Positions 1 to 8,881 of a stretch of DNA of 64,000 bases are shown here, piece by piece. The notes under the pieces were generated by a model. That model had not been told where the DNA came from, did not search any database, and saw only the letters and a list, made by a program, of their open reading frames with translations. This stretch comes from an uncultured Planctomycetota bacterium (lineage in GTDB: Bacteria > Planctomycetota > Planctomycetia > Isosphaerales > Isosphaeraceae). Position numbers and translations under genes: made by a program. The stretch is from NCBI GenBank assembly GCA_963737655.1, contig CAVTTN010000002.1, positions 5,856,001-5,920,000 on the forward strand. Reading direction: 5' to 3'. The stretch's first letter is position 1; every line of letters starts with the position of its first letter.

Positions 1-35
1 TCGCGCGGATTCTTCGCCACGGGAGGCCGCCGACC

Positions 36-875
36 ATGCCCTCGCCCGTGTTGCTCGCGATCAACTGCCAGCAGGACCGCAGCTACGCCAACCGCCAGAC
101 CCTCAGGGCGCTCTACGGCGACCGCTTCCCGGACCTCGTGTTCCTGGTCGGGTCAACCTGCCCGATCGACCCGGACTTCCCCACGATCGCCACCGACTGG
201 ACGCCTCGGCGGACCGACAACCTCTGCGCCTGCTGCGACCCGAGGTCCGACCGCCACCCCTCGGGCCGTCACGCCACCCATCCGCGACTGGTCCAACTCG
301 CCCGATATGCCGAGGAACACGGATATCAATCCGTCCTCTTCGTCGAGGACGACTGCCTCCTCGCCCCCTCCTGGACGCCCGAAACGGTCCTCGATCGCGG
401 CGAGGCGTTCGACGCCCTGGTCCCCTACCTCGGCTTCTGCGACCGCGACGACCCCTCCTGGTGCTGGACCAACCACCCCACCGGCTACCCCGCCTTCGAC
501 CGCGTGGCCGACCGCTTCGACCGCCCGAAAATGCTGAGGAATGCGTCGATCCACAACGGGGAGCCGGCCCCTCCGGTCCTCTACACGCCCCTATTCGGCG
601 GATTCGTGGATATCTTGATCTTCCGGGTCGAGACGCTCCGCAAGATCGCCCCGGACCTCACGCTTTTGCAAGACGTCTGGCACGAGATCGCGATCCCGAC
701 GGCCCTGATCCACCGAACGCCCCGGATCGGCCACCTCCCGGGCCTCCCCCTCTGGGGAGGCGACCGCAACCGCCCGTTCGCCGAACTCTTCGGCCTCCTG
801 AAGCGTCACGAATACGTTCATCCGATCAAATTATCGTATCTGTTGCAGGGCGAAGCGATATCCCTTTATCCGTAG
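36..875 (+). CDS. Hypothetical protein, possibly glycosyltransferase-like
   Basis: 279-aa ORF with GGAGG RBS and a LFVEDD acidic motif; family not confidently recognised. Confidence 0.5.
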   Translation: MPSPVLLAINCQQDRSYANRQTLRALYGDRFPDLVFLVGSTCPIDPDFPTIATDWTPRRTDNLCACCDPRSDRHPSGRHATHPRLVQLARYAEEHGYQSVLFVEDDCLLAPSWTPETVLDRGEAFDALVPYLGFCDRDDPSWCWTNHPTGYPAFDRVADRFDRPKMLRNASIHNGEPAPPVLYTPLFGGFVDILIFRVETLRKIAPDLTLLQDVWHEIAIPTALIHRTPRIGHLPGLPLWGGDRNRPFAELFGLLKRHEYVHPIKLSYLLQGEAISLYP

Positions 876-924
876 GGTGCACGCGATGCACCTACCACAG
901 CGGGCAACGCCCACCGACCGCGGT

Positions 925-1695
925 TCAAGGCCGGGGCCCCGACCAGTCCCAGCCGCCGAGCTCGCCGATCAGGTCGTGACGGGTCAGGTCGAAGTGCAAG
1001 GGGGTCACGGTGATGTATCCCTCGGAGAGGCTCGACACGTCGGTGTCGGGGCCGTCGAGGAAGTACGGCGGGGCATAGGTCAGCCAGTAATAGGTGCGCC
1101 CGCGAGGGTCCTTGCGGCGCTCGAACCCCTCGCCGTGGCGGCCGACGGCCATCGGCACCACGCGGACCCCCTTGGGCTCCCCTCGCGAGTGCGACGGCAG
1201 GTTCACGTTGAACAGGGAGCCGGCCGGCGGCTTGTTGGCGAGGATGCGCTCGATCACCCGGGCGGCCTGCTTCGCGGCGTGGGGATAGTCGAAGTGCTCG
1301 GCCAATTCCAGAGACACCGCGATGCTGGTGATCTTGAAGAACGACCCCTCGATGGCCGCCGCCACCGTGCCCGAATACAGGACGTTGATCCCGGCGTTCG
1401 CCCCCGAGTTGATCCCCGAGACGATCAGGTCGGGGGGGCGGGCCATGAGCTCCAGGACCGCGAGCTTCACGCAATCGGCCGGGCTCCCCTCGATCGAATA
1501 GCCGAGGGTCGAGCCGTCCTCCTCGTCCACGGTCTTGACGACCAGGGGGTCGAGGATGGTGATCGAGTGGCCCACGCCGCTCTGCTCCATCGCCGGGGCG
1601 ACGACCGAGACGTCGCCGAACCGGGCCAGCTCCTTGCGGAGGGCCCGCAAGCCGGGGGCGAACACGCCGTCGTCATTGGTCAGGAGGATATGCAC
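925..1695 (-). CDS. surE: 5'/3'-nucleotidase SurE
   Basis: Motifs ILLTNDDG, GSPADCV, SGINSGANAG, YSGTVAAA, YITVTPLHFDLT; probable GTG start at 1695. Confidence 0.95.
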   Translation of the reverse strand: MHILLTNDDGVFAPGLRALRKELARFGDVSVVAPAMEQSGVGHSITILDPLVVKTVDEEDGSTLGYSIEGSPADCVKLAVLELMARPPDLIVSGINSGANAGINVLYSGTVAAAIEGSFFKITSIAVSLELAEHFDYPHAAKQAARVIERILANKPPAGSLFNVNLPSHSRGEPKGVRVVPMAVGRHGEGFERRKDPRGRTYYWLTYAPPYFLDGPDTDVSSLSEGYITVTPLHFDLTRHDLIGELGGWDWSGPRP

Positions 1696-1933
1696 GGGGC
1701 GGCTCGCCGAAAGGGCCAAGGAAGAGGGGACCGCGACCTCTCGGGCGATGGTAAGGCCCGGCGCAGGCCCCGTCAACCGAGGGCCCCCAGGGCCGGAGGG
1801 GGGACCTCTGATCCAAAGGCCGATCGGCCGGGGGTGCCGCCTCAGGATTCCCAGGAGGAGGCCCTCCCCTCCCGAGTCGCTCGCTCCCCGGTCCATCGCC
1901 CCTGCCGAGACAGGGCCGGACGGCCCCGCTAGA

Positions 1934-2184
1934 ATGGGGCATGGAAACGATCCAGGCCCAACCCCAGACCCTGGGACAGCCTTCGGGCCGCGAGCCGCGC
2001 CGGACCGGGTCCGCATCGTGAGCACGCCCGGGACGTGCGGCGGGAGGCCGCGGATCGACGGCCGCCGGATCACGGTCGAGGACGTCGCGACCTGGCACGA
2101 GCGATCGGGCCTCAGCCCCGACGAGATCGTCTCCGCCCACCCGGGCCTGTCGCTCTCCGACGTCCACGCGGCCCTCGCCTACTA
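1934..2184 (+). pseudogene. DUF433-family antitoxin-like gene, 3' end cut by a transposase fragment
   Basis: IVSTPGTCGGRPRIDGRRITVEDV...PGLSLSDVHAALAYY, then runs into the antisense IS fragment. Confidence 0.75.
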
Positions 2185-2376
2185 CTTAGTGCGGTCGACG
2201 ACCATCGGCTTGCCGTCAGCGTCGAAGTGGCCCAGCGCCTCGGCGGTGGCGGCGACGTCGGCCTCGTTGAAGTGCGGCCCTATAGCCTCCTCGGCGTCGA
2301 GCATCGAGTCGCGGTAGGGGACCTCGACCTGGACGGTAAAGCCGGTCTCGGTGCAGGCGACGATCGTTGCCTTCAT
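2182..2376 (-). mobile_element. N-terminal transposase fragment, ISKra4-like
   Basis: MKATIVACTETGFTVQVEVPYRDSMLDAEEAI...FDADGKPM resembles ISKra4-type N-termini from recall; only about 64 aa. Confidence 0.55.
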
Positions 2377-2396
2377 AGCGCGATCACCGACCGCAG

Positions 2397-3608
2397 TCAC
2401 CCGGCAGGCCCGGGATCGATCACCGTATTCCAGGGCACGGACGGGATCGCTTTTCGGACCTCGTCCAGGTTACTTTCGGGGATTTCATATCCGTTCGCCT
2501 TGAGGGTCACCCTCTCCAAATTCGGCATCCCTCCCAACACTTTGAGTCCCTCGATGGTGATTCCCTGGTCGCCCGAATCGTAGTCCAGCTCCAGGAAGCG
2601 GAGGCGGCGGAGCCTGGCCAGGCCGGGCAGGATGTCGTCCTGCGTATTCTCGATGGACAGCCTTTCCAGGTTCGGCATCTCGTTGAGGACGTCCAGGACG
2701 TTGGCCTTGACAAATTTCTCGTATGTGTTTTCTTTGTTTTTATATCGATTGTCCATCGGTCTCCCAGTAATGATCAAGTGTTTGAGTTTGTGAAGCTTTG
2801 CGACATAAATCAGGTTGTTCCAATCCAGGTTCGTGCACGACACGTCGAGTCGCTCGAGCCTCGCCTGGGACGCCAGCACGGGCAGGATGGCGGGCCCGAC
2901 GTCCCCGCAGCCGGAGAGGCCAAGGACGCGGAGGGACGGCAGGGCCGGGAGGCCCGCGAGCTGGGAATCGGTGCATCGAACCTGATCCAGGACGAGTTCC
3001 TCGAGGGAATCCATCCCCCGGAGTGCGCGCAGGCAGTCCCCGAGGTCCCGCGGGGACCCGACCAAGGCCCGCCCGGACGCGCCGATCGACAATCGGCGCA
3101 ATCGGGTGACCTTGCCGAGGGACGCGATCAGCCCCGGCCTCCTCAGCTCCTGGATGTCCACTTCCTTCAGCCGCGGCAGTCGGGACAGGGGGGAGAGGTC
3201 CGGTTCCTCCGGGGACGTCGGCTTGATGTGCAGCGTCTCCAGCTCGAGGAAATTGTCGGAGATTTTATCAATGTGATCGCACGACATAATTATACAATCT
3301 TTTGATTCATAAAAGTATTCGACTCCGAGCAAATCGACGAGCCACCCCGGGAAGGGAGGGGCCGAATACCTGATCGGGCTAGATCTCGGGTATGAACTGA
3401 TAAGTCGACCATTCCATCGCTGCACCAGGGTGACAAGGCCACCCGAACGACCGACGAGATCCCAGGCGTGTCGGATCCTGCGAGCCCGCCGAACCTCGAG
3501 GGCGATGAGGAGCCCCGCGAGGAGCACCGAGAGCAGGAAGGTACGAACACTTATGCGGAACCAACGCCGCAGCGATTTGAAGCCCCGCTTCGATACGGAG
3601 GTGTCCAT
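2397..3608 (-). CDS. Membrane-anchored leucine-rich-repeat protein
   Basis: N-terminal FRISVRTFLL plus TM helix; repeated LxxLxxLxL units (LPRLKEVDI, LPSLRVLGLSG, LRRLRFLELD). Confidence 0.8.
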   Translation of the reverse strand: MDTSVSKRGFKSLRRWFRISVRTFLLSVLLAGLLIALEVRRARRIRHAWDLVGRSGGLVTLVQRWNGRLISSYPRSSPIRYSAPPFPGWLVDLLGVEYFYESKDCIIMSCDHIDKISDNFLELETLHIKPTSPEEPDLSPLSRLPRLKEVDIQELRRPGLIASLGKVTRLRRLSIGASGRALVGSPRDLGDCLRALRGMDSLEELVLDQVRCTDSQLAGLPALPSLRVLGLSGCGDVGPAILPVLASQARLERLDVSCTNLDWNNLIYVAKLHKLKHLIITGRPMDNRYKNKENTYEKFVKANVLDVLNEMPNLERLSIENTQDDILPGLARLRRLRFLELDYDSGDQGITIEGLKVLGGMPNLERVTLKANGYEIPESNLDEVRKAIPSVPWNTVIDPGPAG

Positions 3609-3675
3609 GATCCGGCGTCCCCTCGCGCTCTGGGAATTCAAGCGTCTTGCACTGGAAGGAGCGGAGTCCTCGGCA

Positions 3676-3800
3676 GAAGAGAAAGGGGACGGAGCGAATT
3701 ATCGCAATTATTTACTCCGTCCCCTTTCTCTTCCCTCGTCCCCTTTCTCTTCCCTTACTCCGTCCCCTTTCTCTTCCCCCCGTCCCCTTTCTCTTCCCCC
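3676..3800. repeat. REP-like doublet GAAGAGAAAGGGGACGGAG with tandem CGTCCCCTTTCTCTTCCC copies
   Basis: Inverted pair 3676-3694/3715-3733 followed by direct repeats. Confidence 0.85.
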
Positions 3801-3897
3801 CAAGAAGAACATGAAGATCGTGTTTGACAAGGTTCTCCCCAAATGGAACTATCGAGCAGTTCCAAAGCCAACATGAAATCGGGAAGTTATTTGCGTC
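3801..3897 (+). mobile_element. C-terminal tip and right end of an ISAzo13-like transposase
   Basis: KKNMKIVFDKVLPKWNYRAVP* resembles ISAzo13 C-termini, followed by GGGAAGTTATTT end-like sequence. Confidence 0.55.
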
Positions 3898-4184
3898 CCG
3901 TTCCTTATGGGCCGAAAGGACCTCCTCAAGGACGCAAGTGAACGCTTTCACCGCCTTCGGGTGGGAGCTTCGGTGGGACGGACTCAGGCCCTGTTCCCAA
4001 CGAAGTTCGGCTTGAGGCGACCCATCCGAAAGGGGCTGTGCCCGGTTGGCCCCCACCCGAACGGGCTCGCGGCACCGACGGGAGACGGCCGACCACGCAG
4101 ATGACGATTGGCCATCTCAGTTAACGAAGGTAATCCCAGAACTTCCTCCTCAAATCCCTTCAACCCACCCAGAGGCATTGAACC

Positions 4185-4736
4185 ATGGAGACCGATCTTC
4201 GCAGGATCCTTACCAGGCTCGACGAGGCAGAAGCCGCTAATCGCCGCATGGCGAAGGGAAACACACATTTGAAGTATGCCACAATCTCTCTCGCGATCCT
4301 GATTTTGTTCATCCTTGTAGGAAGCACGCCGCGCCTCTGGGCCCAGGATAAGCAGAAGGCCAACAACGCTGAGCTGCGGTTCCGTTTCGGTTCGACGCTG
4401 GAGATCAACCGTGTCGACCTCCGTGCACTCACCTTGGTCGATGCTCAAGGCGACATTTGCGCCGCCATGCATTCCCCGACCGGCAAGCCGGCGTTTCTCC
4501 TCATGAACGGCGACGGCATCCCGGTCATGATGATCCTGAGACGAGGAGACATGGAGCCGGCCATCGTCTTCTACGATCGCGACGGCCACGATCCCTACGA
4601 GCTCCGGGTCAATCGCGACGGCGAGCCGAAGTTGGAATTGAGGAAGTTCCAGGATGTGCCAGGGCCCATCAAGCCGGAACCCGTCCCCCCTGGCTTCCCG
4701 ATCCCGGAGGGCAACAAACCCAAGGAAGGCAAATAA
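4185..4736 (+). CDS. Hypothetical membrane-anchored protein
   Basis: 183 aa; short coiled coil, TM helix, beta-rich domain; GAGG RBS. Confidence 0.6.
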   Translation: METDLRRILTRLDEAEAANRRMAKGNTHLKYATISLAILILFILVGSTPRLWAQDKQKANNAELRFRFGSTLEINRVDLRALTLVDAQGDICAAMHSPTGKPAFLLMNGDGIPVMMILRRGDMEPAIVFYDRDGHDPYELRVNRDGEPKLELRKFQDVPGPIKPEPVPPGFPIPEGNKPKEGK

Positions 4737-4913
4737 CGTAAGCTTTCAGCCGAATTCAGTTGATCTTGCAATCTGAGAGGCTATCCGGAAAGCTACGCAG
4801 CTTTATATTTCGGATATTTGAAAGGTATCCTCTTCCTCGATTCATCGGGGGCCAGGCGGAAAAGGGGTCAGGAGCCTATTGACGGCTTCGGGACTCCCGG
4901 ATCTCCTGGCCCC

Positions 4914-5053
4914 ATGCCACGCATCCCCCGCGCCGCCGAGACCGGCCTAGTCTACCATGCCCTCAACCGCGCCGTCGCACGCCTCGCCATCTTCCACCGC
5001 CCCGACGACTACGCCGCCTTCCTCCGCGTCCTCGCCCAAGCCGTCGCGACGCG
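4914..5053 (+). pseudogene. N-terminal fragment of a REP-associated tyrosine transposase (RAYT, Y1 HUH family)
   Basis: MPRIPR...LVYHALNRAVARLAIFHRPDDYAAFL; flanked by REP-like GGCGGAAAAGGGGTCAGGAGCC (4855-4876) and a REP doublet (5055-5106). Confidence 0.8.
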
Positions 5054-5293
5054 AGAGAAAGGGGACGGAGCAAATTGTCGCAATTATTTGCTCCGGCCCC
5101 TTTCTCGGATCCCCCTCGGTGGCGGAAAGGCGTTTCTCGAAATTGACTGGGAATCGGGTTCGGCGGGCCTTATAGTGCGCCTCGGGCTGGCCCTGTGCAT
5201 TGCCGGCCCGTGCCGCGGCGTCCGCGGCGCGATTCGGCCTCGAAGCGAGAGGCCGATCCGATCGGTCCGACTCTAGAAGAAAGGCGTTTCCCC

Positions 5294-6001
5294 ATGCGGC
5301 GTACCCTGTTACTCTGCGTCGGCCTCCTCGCGTCCCAGGGCGCGATGGCCAGGGCCGACATCTTCTTCACCCAGAATTTCGTCGCCGATTTCGAGTTCTC
5401 CCTGCCGCCCGGCTCGCCCCTGAATTCCGGTTCCACGACGGTCGGCCCCATCCCCTTCGAGGCCGTCGGCAGCCTGACGATCGGGGTCGATAACGCGCTG
5501 AACGACCCGAGCATGCCGACCTCGGTCGCGATCACGAGCTTCTCGGGCAACCTGATCGGCGTCGCTCCGTCGAATTTCTTGCCCTACTCGATCGACCCGA
5601 ACGTCAGCTTCGTCGGCGGGAGCCTGACGAACATCGTCCGCGACGGCTCCGGCCAGGTGACCTCGGCCGACGTGACCGGCCTGTCGGCCTACTGGGAGAT
5701 GTTCGCGCCGGGCATCCGGCTCTACGGCGACACCCCCCTGGTCTTCGACGGGCCCATCACCGGCCTGCCGTTCACGCCGGGGGACATCATCGCCGGGCCG
5801 GACCCGTTCAACGTCTACCTCGACACGGGCAAAGGCCCCGGGGGGGGCGATCCCCTCTTCGCGATCGGCCAGAACCGGACGCTGAGGGCCGTCCCCGAGC
5901 CGGCCAGCCTCGCCCTGTTCGGGATCGGCGCGTCCTCGCTCCTGGGCCTCGCCCGCCGGAATCGGAAGAGGGCCGAGGCGGCTCGTCAAGTCGCCCGATA
6001 A
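5294..6001 (+). CDS. PEP-CTERM sorting-domain protein
   Basis: Signal peptide ending ARA-D; C-terminal VPEPASLALFGIG...RRNRKR. Confidence 0.9.
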   Translation: MRRTLLLCVGLLASQGAMARADIFFTQNFVADFEFSLPPGSPLNSGSTTVGPIPFEAVGSLTIGVDNALNDPSMPTSVAITSFSGNLIGVAPSNFLPYSIDPNVSFVGGSLTNIVRDGSGQVTSADVTGLSAYWEMFAPGIRLYGDTPLVFDGPITGLPFTPGDIIAGPDPFNVYLDTGKGPGGGDPLFAIGQNRTLRAVPEPASLALFGIGASSLLGLARRNRKRAEAARQVAR

Positions 6002-6111
6002 CGGGGCCGGTTCCGTTCGAAGAGATTCCTGCCGGCCGATCGGGGGCAGCGAAACGACTTCTAGAGGAGGAACGCCCTCCATCCCGCCCGATCGGCCGGC
6101 AGGAATCCGAA

Positions 6112-6180
6112 TCATCTTTTCAAAGGCCCGCCTCTTCTCTGGGTAAACTTGCACATCCTCTTGCCGCGGACGGGCCTCAC
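6112..6180 (-). pseudogene. Degenerate HicA-like toxin remnant
   Basis: GTG overlaps the hicB-like stop; VRPVRGKRMCKFTQRRGGPLKR* resembles a HicA N-terminus and stops early. Confidence 0.45.
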
Positions 6181-6449
6181 GGCGTTGCCTCGCTCGGCAG
6201 CGGGCAGAAGAGGTCCCGGATCGCCCGATCTTTTTCGCGTTCGTGGGCCATGTCCAGGAGGGCCTCGGCGAGTTCGGCGGCCATCGCCCGGACCTCGTCG
6301 ATGTCCTCGCCCTGGGTGACGCATCCGGGGACCTCCGGGACGACGACCGAATCGCCCCCGTCCGGCTCCGGGAAGGCCAGCGCCTTGACGGTGACCTGGA
6401 CCTCGACAACGACAGGCACAATCGACCTCGATCCCTTCGTCGTGGCCAT
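6177..6449 (-). CDS. hicB: HicB-family antitoxin
   Basis: VVVPEVPGCVTQGEDIDEVRAMAAE motif. Confidence 0.8.
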   Translation of the reverse strand: MATTKGSRSIVPVVVEVQVTVKALAFPEPDGGDSVVVPEVPGCVTQGEDIDEVRAMAAELAEALLDMAHEREKDRAIRDLFCPLPSEATP

Positions 6450-6807
6450 GCTCGGGGTCTCCTGGTGGGGGCGATTGGAAGGGGTGATCCGATCCCGGTC
6501 CCTTCGGGCGAGTCGGCTGGCGTCACCGATCGCTCGGATCGTCTTCATCGTTCTGGCCTCGGGCGGAATCGGAAAGCCTGGACGCGAGTCTACCAAACTC
6601 GGGAATCGGCCGCCCCGGGCGAACCCTGGGATCGTCGGAATCGAAAAAAGTCAACAGGAACAGGATTGCTCCGCCGACCGATGAAGCTTAGGATAATGGA
6701 TGGATTGTATCAGACTCGGCGGCGGGCCTTTGGTTGGCCCCTCGGACCGGGCCGCCGGCCCCTGGCGGACGCCTTCTTCGGACGAGGCCCCGAAAGGAGT
6801 TCCGACC

Positions 6808-8757
6808 GTGCTGCGTGACGCGATCGACTGGATCTACGACCGTCACCCGCGGGTCGCCCGATGGCTGGGCGATCGGCTGGACCTCCAGGCCCCGGCCTGG
6901 GGCGTGAGCGTGGTCCTCCACGTGGGGCTGATCGGCGGCCTGGCGATGGTCGGCTATGCCGCCCACACCCAGCCGAAGCCGCCGGAGTTCCGCACCGAGG
7001 TCCTCAATACCGAGCTCTCCGACTTCGCCCGGCTCGACACCGCCGCGCTCCTGGAGATGGACAAGCCCACCCAGATGGCCCCGGTCGCCGGGTCGTTCGG
7101 GCCGAAGACCTCGGCCCTGATCGTCGCCGCCCCGCCCACCGATCGCCCGCCGCCGAAGCCCGCTCCCGATCTGGCCAACCCCGGGATCGCCAAGATCGCC
7201 TCGGTCGCCCTGCCCACGCCGACCCACCTGGATCGCAACGTCCAGATCCAGGGCTCGGGCGCCGAGCACGTCGGCAGCGTCGAGGGGGCCGTGGACCGGA
7301 TCGCCGTCGAGATCCTCCGCAAGATGGAGTCCGGCCACACCCTGGTCGTCTGGGCGTTCGACGCCTCCGGCTCGCTCGTCCCCGAGCGCGAACGGCTGGT
7401 CAAGTACATCGACGGCGTCTATACGCACGTCCTCCAGCTGGACAAGACCGGCTCGGCCGCCGACGACGGCCTGCTGACCGCCGTGGTCGCCTTCGGCAAG
7501 GATCGGAAGGTCCTCACCACCGAGCCGACGTCCGACCGCTCGGCGATCGCGGCGGCCATCGCCTCGGTCCCCCTGGACACCACGGGCGTCGAGAGCACGT
7601 TCACGACCATCGGCGACGTCGCCCGGAAGTACGGCAAGTTCTCCCGGGACAAGCAGCCGTATCACACCATGGTGATCGTGGTGACGGACGAAGTCGGCGA
7701 CGACGAGGAGCACCTGGAAGAGGCCATCGCCGCCGCCAACGCGGTCAAGATGCCGGTCTACGTGCTGGGCTCGCCGGCCCTCTTCGGCCGGATCGACGGC
7801 TACATGAACTACACCGACCCGAAATCCAAGCAGACGTACTACAATCTCCCCGTCAGGCAAGGGCCCGAGAGCGTCGCCCTGGAAGGCATCCGCCTGCCGT
7901 TCTGGTACGACGGCCCGCAGTACGACTTCCTCGACGCCGGGTTCGGCCCCTATGCCCTCTCCCGGATGGCCGGGGCGACCGGCGGGATCTACTTCGTGAC
8001 CCGGATGGGCGGCAACCGGATCACCTTCGACCCGGCCGGGATGCGCGAGTACAAGCCGGACTGGGTCAGCAAGGAGCAGTACATCGCGGCCGTGAACAAG
8101 CACGCGATCCGCCGGGCCGTGATGAGGGCGTCGGTGATCACCCAGCAGCAGCTCCCCGGCCAGCCCACGCTCTCTTTCCCCGCGGCCGACGGCCCCGAGT
8201 TCAAGGACGCGATGGGCCGCAGCCAGGAGGTCGTCGCGAGGATCCAGTACACGGTGGACGAGGCCCTGGGCGTGAGCGGGGCCGGCCCCCACGAGCCGAC
8301 GATCCTCTCGACGGTCAAGCTCCGCGACCACGAGACCTCCCGCCGCTGGCAGGCCCACTACGACCTGATCCGAGGGCGCCTCCTGGCCATGAAGAGCCGC
8401 TGCCTGGAATACAACACCGCCTGCGCCAAGATGAAGAAGGACGCGCCCAAATTCTCCAAGCCCACCTCCAACGGCTGGAGGCTCGTGCCCGACAAGGAAG
8501 TCCACCTGAAGGGCCGCGACCTGGCCGACGCGAAGGAGGCCCAGTCCCTCCTGGAGCGGGTCGTCAAGGACCACCCCGGCACCCCCTGGGCCTTGCTCGC
8601 CAGGCGCGAGCTGAAGGACCCGTTCGGATTCCGCTGGGAAGAGGTGACGGTCGCCCCCCGGGCCAAGATGAACGACAACGACGCCGAAGCGAAGAAGAAG
8701 AAGGCCCAGCCCAAGCCGGGCCCGGCCCCCAAGCCCGCCGAACTGCCCAAGCTCTGA
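6808..8757 (+). CDS. Membrane-anchored von Willebrand factor A domain protein
   Basis: PAWGVSVVLH TM segment; MIDAS-like FDASGS; VTDE; C-terminal RWQAHYDL and TPWA; AAGGAG RBS before GTG. Confidence 0.85.
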   Translation: MLRDAIDWIYDRHPRVARWLGDRLDLQAPAWGVSVVLHVGLIGGLAMVGYAAHTQPKPPEFRTEVLNTELSDFARLDTAALLEMDKPTQMAPVAGSFGPKTSALIVAAPPTDRPPPKPAPDLANPGIAKIASVALPTPTHLDRNVQIQGSGAEHVGSVEGAVDRIAVEILRKMESGHTLVVWAFDASGSLVPERERLVKYIDGVYTHVLQLDKTGSAADDGLLTAVVAFGKDRKVLTTEPTSDRSAIAAAIASVPLDTTGVESTFTTIGDVARKYGKFSRDKQPYHTMVIVVTDEVGDDEEHLEEAIAAANAVKMPVYVLGSPALFGRIDGYMNYTDPKSKQTYYNLPVRQGPESVALEGIRLPFWYDGPQYDFLDAGFGPYALSRMAGATGGIYFVTRMGGNRITFDPAGMREYKPDWVSKEQYIAAVNKHAIRRAVMRASVITQQQLPGQPTLSFPAADGPEFKDAMGRSQEVVARIQYTVDEALGVSGAGPHEPTILSTVKLRDHETSRRWQAHYDLIRGRLLAMKSRCLEYNTACAKMKKDAPKFSKPTSNGWRLVPDKEVHLKGRDLADAKEAQSLLERVVKDHPGTPWALLARRELKDPFGFRWEEVTVAPRAKMNDNDAEAKKKKAQPKPGPAPKPAELPKL

Positions 8758-8881
8758 GCCTCCGGGACGAGGGCCGCCGGCCTGGGGTTGCCGGCCGCCC
8801 CCTGCCCCGCCAAGATGGATCCATGCCCCCTTCGCGCTCGATGGGCCCCCTCCGCCCCTCTCTTCCCGGGGATGCTCCGCC

